From a virus, in the IMG/VR virus record IMGVR_UViG_3300045988_062316: DNA of 62,384 bases; one strand, 5' to 3'. Position 1 is the stretch's first letter. Every line of letters starts with the position of its first letter. Under the pieces are notes generated by a model. It worked only from the letters and a program-made list of their open reading frames with translations. It was not told where the DNA came from and searched no databases. The translations under genes and the position numbers were made by a program. This document shows, in pieces, positions 53,768 to 60,843 of the stretch.

Positions 53768-54640
53768 TCAGCAGGTCAATATGAGTTTCTGCCACGCTTT
53801 CTGCATGTCCTTGAGGACGCTCAGATCGGGCTTCAAATAATACCGTGCGGTGGTTTGGATGTCGGAGTGTCCGAGCTGCCGTGCGACCACGCTGATGTCG
53901 GTTCCGGCCTTGATCGCCAACGTGCCGAACGTGTGGCGCAGGTTGCGTGGAGGCACGCAGGGGAGTTTCATGCGCCTGCACCAACTGCGGTAGTGGTTTG
54001 CCACTTGGTTCGCGTTCAGACTGCCGACCAGCCGGCCAGTCTTCATGCCGTGGCGTAGTTCCGCCAAGCGTTTGACCGCGAACCGTGGCAATGCGACGGT
54101 ACGTCGGCTCAGATCGGTCTTCGGTTCGGTCACGGTCTCATGGCCCGCGACCCACTGCACCGACCTTTTCACCGTGACGGTGCCGCGACGCAAATCCAAG
54201 TCGCCCCATTCCAAGCCGACCGACTCGCAGCGACGCAATCCCGCACACACGGACACCAATAGCCACGCTTCGAGCGGATGCCCGTAGAAGCCTTTCAATA
54301 GTCGTCGGACTTCCGGCGCGGACAGTACTTGCGGCTCGTAATGCCGTAGATGCGGCAGGCGTATCTCGCGTCTGGTCACGTCATTGTCGGACAAACCGCG
54401 TTTGAACGCGAGTCGCAGTATCGCGCGGAACACCGCGTAGGCCTTGCGTGCCGCTCCCGGCCTGTCGAAGGAGTCCAACCATGATTCGATATCCGCCACG
54501 CTGATCGCGTCCATGTCCCTTCCGCTCCATTGCGGGAGGATATGGCAATTCAGGGCGCTTTCATAGCCTACTTTGGTGCATTCGCGGAGTTTCGCACATG
54601 AGGGTTTCCAAACGGTGGTCACGAATGTGTCGAAAAGCAT
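53768..54640 (-). CDS. Shufflon-associated tyrosine recombinase (Rci/Rin-like)
   Basis: AGLRRCESVGL, LRHTFGTLAIKAG, LGHSDIQTTARYY. ATG at 54640 after GGAAAGGAA. Confidence 0.8.
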   Translation of the reverse strand: MLFDTFVTTVWKPSCAKLRECTKVGYESALNCHILPQWSGRDMDAISVADIESWLDSFDRPGAARKAYAVFRAILRLAFKRGLSDNDVTRREIRLPHLRHYEPQVLSAPEVRRLLKGFYGHPLEAWLLVSVCAGLRRCESVGLEWGDLDLRRGTVTVKRSVQWVAGHETVTEPKTDLSRRTVALPRFAVKRLAELRHGMKTGRLVGSLNANQVANHYRSWCRRMKLPCVPPRNLRHTFGTLAIKAGTDISVVARQLGHSDIQTTARYYLKPDLSVLKDMQKAWQKLILTC

Positions 54641-54752
54641 TGGTTCCTTTCCAATTCTGTTGAATAATCCCACACATCGTCATGTTGCCGTTGGACGGGC
54701 GTGTGTGTGGGTTTTCCCATTGTTCCATATCCCTGTTTTTTAGGAGGATGTT

Positions 54753-55655
54753 TTGACTCAGATCAAATTCGATTTCGGCCATCCAAGCGCGGATGGCGTC
54801 GCGGTTTTGGCCGGAGAGCTGGTGCATGTGGTTCCGACCGGCCGGTTCAAGGTCGGCAAGCGCATCGTCGTGCGCGACTCTTTCGACGTGCGACTGTCGG
54901 AAGACGGCACCGCCACCGTTGACGTTACGCCGACCGACAACACGTTCGCCTACGAGGTGACGGTAGGCGAATCGCCGGATGCCTGGCGTTTCGTCCGCTG
55001 CGTGCAGGTGCCGGACTCGAGCACGCCCGTGGCGTTCGCCGATCTGGTCGATGTGGACTCGAGTACTTTGGCTCCGGCGCTTAACACTGGTGCGGCCTTG
55101 ACCTACCTGCTGGCGTCCAGCTTGCAGGATGCCCAGGCTTTGAGCGCGGCGAATCCGGGTCAGATGGTGTTTTATCCGGAGGGTCAGGCTAAGACGGTGG
55201 CTTCCCAGATTCTGGAGGATCTGACCGGTGCTCGTGCCGTGGTGGAGTCGCAGTCGGCTGCGGCTGCTCAGGCGGCTAATGCGGCGCAGGCTTCGGCTGC
55301 CGGTGCGCAGGCGGCGAGCGTGCAGGCTGCGGATGCCGTGCAGGCTGTGTCGGAGCAGACGGCTCAGGTGTCGGCCAACGCCGCAGCGGTGCAGTCCGTC
55401 GCCGATAGCATCAACGAGTCCAAGACGGTCGTGGAATCCCATGCGACCGAGGCTCTGACCGCGATCGACGAGGCTGTCAGGCAGGTGCAGGACAAGGCTT
55501 CGGATGCGACCGGCGAGGATAAGACAGATGATAAGGCCGGTGGTGATGATAAGGCGTCTGAGGATAAGGCCGACACGGCGGAATCCGCGCCCGATACAGC
55601 GGAGTCCAAGGACGCCACCACGGATGCCGCAGCCAACGGTTCGCAGGAGGCCTGA
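54753..55655 (+). CDS. Tail fibre-like protein with an Ala/Gln-rich coiled coil
   Basis: TTG after AGGAGG. Contains AAAAQAANAAQASAAGAQAASVQAADAVQAV. Confidence 0.6.
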   Translation: MTQIKFDFGHPSADGVAVLAGELVHVVPTGRFKVGKRIVVRDSFDVRLSEDGTATVDVTPTDNTFAYEVTVGESPDAWRFVRCVQVPDSSTPVAFADLVDVDSSTLAPALNTGAALTYLLASSLQDAQALSAANPGQMVFYPEGQAKTVASQILEDLTGARAVVESQSAAAAQAANAAQASAAGAQAASVQAADAVQAVSEQTAQVSANAAAVQSVADSINESKTVVESHATEALTAIDEAVRQVQDKASDATGEDKTDDKAGGDDKASEDKADTAESAPDTAESKDATTDAAANGSQEA

Positions 55656-55657
55656 CA

Positions 55658-56281
55658 ATGGTCGTGCTATTGAACGGCGCGAGAGTTGGCGAACCCGTCA
55701 TCGGCGTGGACGGCCAGCCGGTCTTCTTGAACGCGCTTTACGACGGCGTGCAGGTGTGGCCGCCAGCCGCCGAAACACTTGTGGACGTGTGGCTCAAACC
55801 GGTGGACTTCCAGGCTCAGCCGCTTTACGCCGACCATCCGGAAGTCAAGGTGGCCGCTCAGAAGGTTTTCGCCGACGGTCACATCGAGGACGCCAGTCTG
55901 ACGCTCACCATCGCCGATTCCGCGGTGGCATCGATTTCGAACGGCACGGTGAGCTTCGTGAGCGACACCACGAATTTCCTCACCGTCCTCAAACAGGACG
56001 CGTTCAACGCCTGCCACGTGTCGATCTCCGAAGGCGATAAGGCTTTGGGCGCCAAGCAGATCCTCGTCCAGTCCGACCAGCCCAATACGGCTCCGGTCGG
56101 CAGCCTGTGGTGCCGCACGGAGAAACTGCATAACGGGTTGAAATACTATACGGGGTCGGTCGGGTCGGATGCGAATGTCATGTGCTTCCTGCTCGACCGT
56201 ATCCGCGAGGTGTGGCGCAGGGAATGGGATGATTGGAAGCTTTTGACGGGAAAGGAATTGGAGAATCATGCAGAGGATTAA
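55658..56281 (+). CDS. Hypothetical tail-associated protein
   Basis: 207-aa ORF starting 3 nt after the upstream stop. Confidence 0.55.
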   Translation: MVVLLNGARVGEPVIGVDGQPVFLNALYDGVQVWPPAAETLVDVWLKPVDFQAQPLYADHPEVKVAAQKVFADGHIEDASLTLTIADSAVASISNGTVSFVSDTTNFLTVLKQDAFNACHVSISEGDKALGAKQILVQSDQPNTAPVGSLWCRTEKLHNGLKYYTGSVGSDANVMCFLLDRIREVWRREWDDWKLLTGKELENHAED

Positions 56282-56654
56282 CCGGTATCCGTCACCATTG
56301 ACACCATTGGTCAATGATGGGACAGGCGACATCAGTCACGGCGATTATGATGTCGCAATCGACAATCTTGAGGCTGGCACTTATGTTTTCGCGGCTGACA
56401 TTCAAAACAGTGGGACTCAAACCGGCGTGAATGTAATGTTGTTCGATTCTGACTGGAACCCCCTTTTCTCTTCCAACAAGATTGGTCACGTCCAGACGAC
56501 TTTCACGCTCAAAAAGCCAGACCGTGTTCGCATTCGGCCAAACCAGACCGGTGTGACAATCAGCAATGTCAACGTGGAGCGCGCCGACACGTACGCTCTC
56601 ACTTCGGGGGGGGGTCTCCCGGCTTTCTTCACCAAGGACACGGCAGCATACTGA
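56268..56654 (+). CDS. Paralog P1 of a five-member small tail-distal protein family
   Basis: Starts MQRINR and ends ADTYALTSGGGLPAFFTKDTAAY. Contains a G9 tract. Confidence 0.6.
   Translation: MQRINRYPSPLTPLVNDGTGDISHGDYDVAIDNLEAGTYVFAADIQNSGTQTGVNVMLFDSDWNPLFSSNKIGHVQTTFTLKKPDRVRIRPNQTGVTISNVNVERADTYALTSGGGLPAFFTKDTAAY
56606..56614 (+). repeat. G9 homopolymer in P1
   Basis: tcG-GGG-GGG-GGt encodes S-G-G-G. Coordinates derived from the ORF frame. Confidence 0.85.
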
Positions 56655-56675
56655 CCTCAAGGCTGGTGGTCGGCC

Positions 56676-57086
56676 GTGAGAATCGTGAATCAATGGCTGG
56701 ACCCGCACTGCGCAAACAAGGTCGGCACTTGGAGTTCGATACCGGGAGCTGTCACCATAGCGAAGGACGGCGACCACTGGGAATACACCCTTCCCGAGGG
56801 CTCATCCTTCATCCCGAATCGGAAGTCCGGATGCATGATGATGCGGCTCAGCCCGTCCAGCTCATGGGACTCCATACTGCCGGAGCGGGCGGATACGTTG
56901 CTCATGGAGAGTGGGGTGTGCGTCTTGGACACCACCAAAGAAGAAGCAAGGAATGTTGTTGGCATCCGTGCGGTTGTCGATGCCAAGACCACGGTGACTG
57001 GCATGTGCGCCGTCGATCTGGACGAATGGCCGATACTGCGGGAGGCTGGAGCGCTCGTCTTCGCATCCGACACCGCGCCCTACTAA
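56676..57086 (+). CDS. Paralog P2
   Basis: GTG start. Starts VRIVNQW and ends LVFASDTAPY. Confidence 0.55.
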   Translation: MRIVNQWLDPHCANKVGTWSSIPGAVTIAKDGDHWEYTLPEGSSFIPNRKSGCMMMRLSPSSSWDSILPERADTLLMESGVCVLDTTKEEARNVVGIRAVVDAKTTVTGMCAVDLDEWPILREAGALVFASDTAPY

Positions 57087-57108
57087 ACGATGGTTTGGGG
57101 GTGGCGGC

Positions 57109-57501
57109 ATGAGACGGACGAATCTGTGTGCAAAACCGGCTGAGACAATTGATGCATTGGGCGGCGATCCGTCCAATTGGCGGGACTTCAGAAGCGGAAG
57201 CTCCATGTCTTTGCAGCCGGGACGATACGTCGCCTCATGCGATGTCACGGAGCGCGGAAGCGCAAAAGCGAGAATCCAATACTGGGGTGAGATTCATCAC
57301 GTGCAGTTGGGTGAAGTCTATGGTGCCGTCATCGGCGTCAACGTGATGCGGTTTGACCTTCAGCCCGATGCCGACACATGTCATTTTTCCGTCTGTGACT
57401 GTAGGGTCACGGACTTCATCATCGAATCCGCCGACACTTACGCCACTGCCGCGGGGGGGGGGCTTCCGAGCTTCTTCACCGCGCAGACCGCACCGTACTA
57501 G
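57109..57501 (+). CDS. Paralog P3
   Basis: Starts MRRTNL and ends ADTYATAAGGGLPSFFTAQTAPY. Contains a G10 tract. Confidence 0.6.
   Translation: MRRTNLCAKPAETIDALGGDPSNWRDFRSGSSMSLQPGRYVASCDVTERGSAKARIQYWGEIHHVQLGEVYGAVIGVNVMRFDLQPDADTCHFSVCDCRVTDFIIESADTYATAAGGGLPSFFTAQTAPY
57453..57462 (+). repeat. G10 homopolymer in P3
   Basis: gcG-GGG-GGG-GGG encodes A-G-G-G. Coordinates derived from the ORF frame. Confidence 0.85.
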
Positions 57502-57525
57502 TCCCGTCAAGGCGGGTGGTCGGCG

Positions 57526-57921
57526 ATGATCGTGCGGAATCCGGCGAAGACCACCAAGACCATCCTGTCGAACGGCAATGCATTCCCCGGCACCGTGGAA
57601 GGGCAGACCTACACGGCGACCGAGGACAATCAGCTCTTGCGGTTGTGGGGCAACATCGTCCTTCCACCGCTGACGGGCGGATACATATGTTCGGCTGTCA
57701 TCGAGGATGTGCAGGGGCGTGTGGAGCCGACGAGCAACGATGTCACGTTCAGCGGCGGTCTGGCAACCACGGAGAACAAAAACCTGTGGAGCAAAGGATT
57801 GCTCATGGGCGCCGGTGCGAAGGTCCTGCTCGCATGCCGAGGAATCTTCTCCGCCGACGATTGGACTGTCCTCCAGGCGGTCGGCGTCAACTGCTTCGAC
57901 AAGGATACGGCACCCTATTAG
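57526..57921 (+). CDS. Paralog P4
   Basis: Starts MIVRNP and ends NCFDKDTAPY. Confidence 0.55.
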   Translation: MIVRNPAKTTKTILSNGNAFPGTVEGQTYTATEDNQLLRLWGNIVLPPLTGGYICSAVIEDVQGRVEPTSNDVTFSGGLATTENKNLWSKGLLMGAGAKVLLACRGIFSADDWTVLQAVGVNCFDKDTAPY

Positions 57922-57949
57922 CCCTCGCCCTCAGTTTGGGGGTGGTCGC

Positions 57950-58312
57950 GTGAGAATCAGGAATCTCTACGATCCGCCGACCCTGAAGGACCGTGATCCG
58001 GTTGTTCCGTGGGTGCCGAAGGACATCATGACGGCCAGCGCGAGGATCAGCGACGAGGGGTGTGAGATAACCGTCACCGGCGATGGTGTCGGCTGGCTGT
58101 ACCCGCCGCTGCAGGACGGGCTGGCGAAGGTCGTGTGGGAGAAGGCGGACGGCGGCAACCTGATCGGTATCAGCGACAACGATACGGTGGCCATTTACCC
58201 CGGTGTTACCGTGCTTGTCCGCCTGTGCGGTTACGAGGATGCCTCGCTCGTGACCATGCTCAAAAACCTCGGCCTGCCGCTCGTGTTCGCCGCCTCTGAC
58301 CACCCGTATTAG
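57950..58312 (+). CDS. Paralog P5
   Basis: GTG start. Starts VRIRNLY and ends VFAASDHPY. Confidence 0.5.
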   Translation: MRIRNLYDPPTLKDRDPVVPWVPKDIMTASARISDEGCEITVTGDGVGWLYPPLQDGLAKVVWEKADGGNLIGISDNDTVAIYPGVTVLVRLCGYEDASLVTMLKNLGLPLVFAASDHPY

Positions 58313-58321
58313 ACAAACCAC

Positions 58322-58347
58322 AGCCCCGCCGTGTGCGGGGCTTTCCT
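58322..58347 (+). terminator. Rho-independent terminator ending the tail operon
   Basis: AGCCCCGC-cgtgt-GCGGGGCT followed by TTCCT. Confidence 0.65.
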
Positions 58348-58362
58348 GTAAGGAGATGTAAT

Positions 58363-58752
58363 GTGCTGCAGAATTTTCTAGCCGGTTTTGGCGGTGTGGG
58401 TGGCGCGTGCGCGCTCATCACGCTCGGCCTTAAAGTCTGGCCGGGCGCTTTGGACGCGTTGGCGACTGGCCTGTATTCGCACGTGCAGCCGGAACGCCTG
58501 CCATACGATTCGCCGCTCTCGCAGCATTTCGCCAAAACCAGAATGCTAGGCGAACGCACCGAGAAATTCGACGACCGCATGGACGAACTCTGCCGCGACA
58601 CCATCAAGAACACGATCATCAGCCTGATCTACGGCGACCAGTCGCACGACCATTCAGAGGCCGTCCGATACGAATTGACGAAGCTTGAGAAATTGGACGC
58701 GCGATGCTGGATCGTCAACGCCGCCGAAAAATACTTGGAGGACCGGCAATGA
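58363..58752 (+). CDS. Membrane protein of the lysis cassette (holin-like or accessory)
   Basis: GTG 7 nt after AAGGAG. N-terminal TM segment FLAGFGGVGGACALITLGL. Confidence 0.45.
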   Translation: MLQNFLAGFGGVGGACALITLGLKVWPGALDALATGLYSHVQPERLPYDSPLSQHFAKTRMLGERTEKFDDRMDELCRDTIKNTIISLIYGDQSHDHSEAVRYELTKLEKLDARCWIVNAAEKYLEDRQ

Positions 58753-58835
58753 CGCATCTCACGATCGTAGGCGGCATATACCTGCTGCTGCTCGCGCTCG
58801 TCATCATATTCAATCATGGTGCGCACCGGCATTGA
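58749..58835 (+). CDS. Tiny TM peptide (28 aa)
   Basis: ATGA overlap with the upstream gene. Hydrophobic IVGGIYLLLLALVIIF. Confidence 0.3.
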   Translation: MTHLTIVGGIYLLLLALVIIFNHGAHRH

Positions 58836-58916
58836 TTTTCATATTAGTTTTCAAAGCCATCCCGATTCGGGATGGCTTTTCTATTGCCCCTTGACTTGGG
58901 GCGGGAAGGAGAGGAT

Positions 58917-60155
58917 GTGGGCATCCTCAACAACAAAGGCAAGCCGAAGCACAAGCGTCTGCGTCGGCATATCGGCAAGCCGTTGACCGCGTTGGCGGCG
59001 GTGTTGTGCGTCGCCGTCGCGCCGGTCGCCAGCGCGAATATGAACGTGATCGACGTTTCCGGCTGGCAGTCCGCCGACGTGACGCGCGTGGTGGACGCCG
59101 ACGCGGCCATCGTGAAGATCACGGAGGGTGGCGGCTACGTGAATCCGTCTTGGCGCAGCCAGACCGATTGGGCGCGTCAGACCGGCAAGGCTTGCGGCGG
59201 CTACCATTACGCGGACGGCGGCAACGTCACGGCGGAGGTGAACCATTATCTCAACCAGTTCAACGGTTATGTGGGCCAGTGCGTGCTCGCGTTGGACTGG
59301 GAGTCCAACGGCAACGCCGCTTGGGGCAACGGCGACTGGGTGCGCCAGTGGGTGAACCAGGTGTATTCGCGTACCAAGGTCTGGCCGATCGTGTACGTGC
59401 AGGATTCCGCCGTGTATCAGATTCCGTCCGACGTGCGCGCCCATTGCATGCTGTGGAAGGCTCAGTATGCTTCCATGAACGCGACCGGCTGGCAGTCCAC
59501 TCCGTGGAATGCTGGCAGCAAGGGCGAGGGCATGGTGCAGTATGCTTCCACCGGCTATCTGAACGGTGTCGGCCCGTTGGATTTGAACCTGTTCTTCGGT
59601 GAGCGTGACGCATGGCAGAAGATCGCGAACGGTGATCGTGGCAAGACGAATGCCGAGGTGAGGCATGATCCGGTCAGGCCGCAGGTCACTGCCACGCCGG
59701 ATTACGATGACATGGCCACGAAGGTCATTCGCGGCGTGTATGGCAACGGCAATGAGCGTCGTCAGGCTCTTGGCGGTGCTTATGACAGGGTGATGGCGAT
59801 AGTTAACCAGCGTCTTGGCGGTTCTGGCGTCGCGCCTGCCGCCGTGAATTGCGGCAGCGTATGCGTGACGGTACGCAGTGGCGACACATTGAGTTCCATT
59901 GCGGCCCACAATGGCGGTTCTTGGAACCAATACACGGGATACCGTTCGGGTAATCCGAACGTCATCTACGCTGGCGAGATCGTGTGCCGTCGCACCGGCA
60001 CGGGCACGGTCGCCACCGGTGGACGGTACGTGGTTCGTTCCGGCGACACCCTCGGCGGCATCGCCGCATATTACGGGGTCAACATGTACAGCATCCACGG
60101 GTATCGTTCCGGCAATCCGGCGTTGATCTATCCGGGCGAGACCCTCTACTGGTAA
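58917..60155 (+). CDS. Secreted endolysin: signal peptide, GH25 muramidase domain and two LysM repeats
   Basis: Signal-like KPLTALAAVLCVAVAPVASA, then NMNVIDVSGWQ. LysM repeats VTVRSGDTLSSIAAHNG and YVVRSGDTLGGIAAYYG. Confidence 0.8.
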   Translation: MGILNNKGKPKHKRLRRHIGKPLTALAAVLCVAVAPVASANMNVIDVSGWQSADVTRVVDADAAIVKITEGGGYVNPSWRSQTDWARQTGKACGGYHYADGGNVTAEVNHYLNQFNGYVGQCVLALDWESNGNAAWGNGDWVRQWVNQVYSRTKVWPIVYVQDSAVYQIPSDVRAHCMLWKAQYASMNATGWQSTPWNAGSKGEGMVQYASTGYLNGVGPLDLNLFFGERDAWQKIANGDRGKTNAEVRHDPVRPQVTATPDYDDMATKVIRGVYGNGNERRQALGGAYDRVMAIVNQRLGGSGVAPAAVNCGSVCVTVRSGDTLSSIAAHNGGSWNQYTGYRSGNPNVIYAGEIVCRRTGTGTVATGGRYVVRSGDTLGGIAAYYGVNMYSIHGYRSGNPALIYPGETLYW

Positions 60156-60166
60156 GGAGACTGATT

Positions 60167-60442
60167 ATGGTTGACGGCATCAAGGAGACTAATCATGACG
60201 GCGAAAAGCCGGAAGAGGAAACTGGCGAGGAAAACAAGTACCTCCTGCCGGACAAGGCGTATCAAGCGTTGAAATGGGTCGCGTTGATCGCGTTGCCCGC
60301 TTTGGCCGTGTTCGTGCATGTGGTCGGCCCCGCATGGAACCTTCCATGCGTTGACCAGATCGTGACCACGTTGAACGCTCTGGCCGTGCTGGTTGGCGCG
60401 TTGATCGGTGCCAGCGAGTTGAAGGCCCGGTATTCCGAGTAG
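60167..60442 (+). CDS. Holin (Dp-1-family-like)
   Basis: KYLLPDKAYQALKWVALIALPALAVF...LNALAVLVGALIGAS. Confidence 0.6.
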   Translation: MVDGIKETNHDGEKPEEETGEENKYLLPDKAYQALKWVALIALPALAVFVHVVGPAWNLPCVDQIVTTLNALAVLVGALIGASELKARYSE

Positions 60443-60518
60443 AAACCTTTCATTTCTCTAACATCATGTTGGAGAAGTGTAAGAATATTATGACCTACTC
60501 GTACATTGAGTACGAGTC

Positions 60519-60556
60519 GCCCCTCTCTCAGCATTGCTGGGGGAGGGGCTTTTTCT
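60519..60556. terminator. Bidirectional terminator between the lysis cassette and the int operon
   Basis: GCCCCTC...GAGGGGC followed by TTTTT. A second hairpin, ACTCGTAC/GTACGAGT, lies at 60497-60517. Confidence 0.65.
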
Positions 60557-60558
60557 TG

Positions 60559-60843
60559 TTATTGGATTAGTGTATCGATGTTGTTAAGCGTAATGTACTT
60601 AACCATTAAGTCACACCATTTGTCGGCTAGCTCTTTCGTGTATACGGATGCCCGATAGATTATTTTGCCGTTTTTGGTGAGCGACATGTCACAAGTGGCA
60701 TGGTTTTTCACCACTGCGAAGTTGCTGTTGTCAGACCTGTCAATCCACGAAAGTTTGCCTTCCCGCGCTAAACGCCACGCATATTTTTTCAGCTTGGCCA
60801 CGATGTATTCGCAGAACTGGTCTTCGGTTATTTCAGCCTTCAT
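60559..60843 (-). CDS. Small hypothetical protein co-transcribed downstream of int (moron-like, lower GC by eye)
   Basis: 94 aa. Overlaps the int stop by 11 nt. Confidence 0.55.
   Translation of the reverse strand: MKAEITEDQFCEYIVAKLKKYAWRLAREGKLSWIDRSDNSNFAVVKNHATCDMSLTKNGKIIYRASVYTKELADKWCDLMVKYITLNNIDTLIQ

Noticed and set aside
54561-55658. 365-aa minus-strand ORF. Similar long antisense ORFs occur at 58881..60098, 32093..33025, 34066..35037, 48011..48994 and 46964..48001.
   Set aside because: They are antisense to well-supported structural and lysis genes and have Arg/Gly/His-rich low-complexity translations. They are treated as spurious.
51993-58312. Diversity-generating retroelement as the source of tail-protein variability
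   Set aside because: There is no reverse transcriptase gene and no template/variable repeat pair with adenine-specific differences. Variability is explained by the recombinase-linked cassettes instead.
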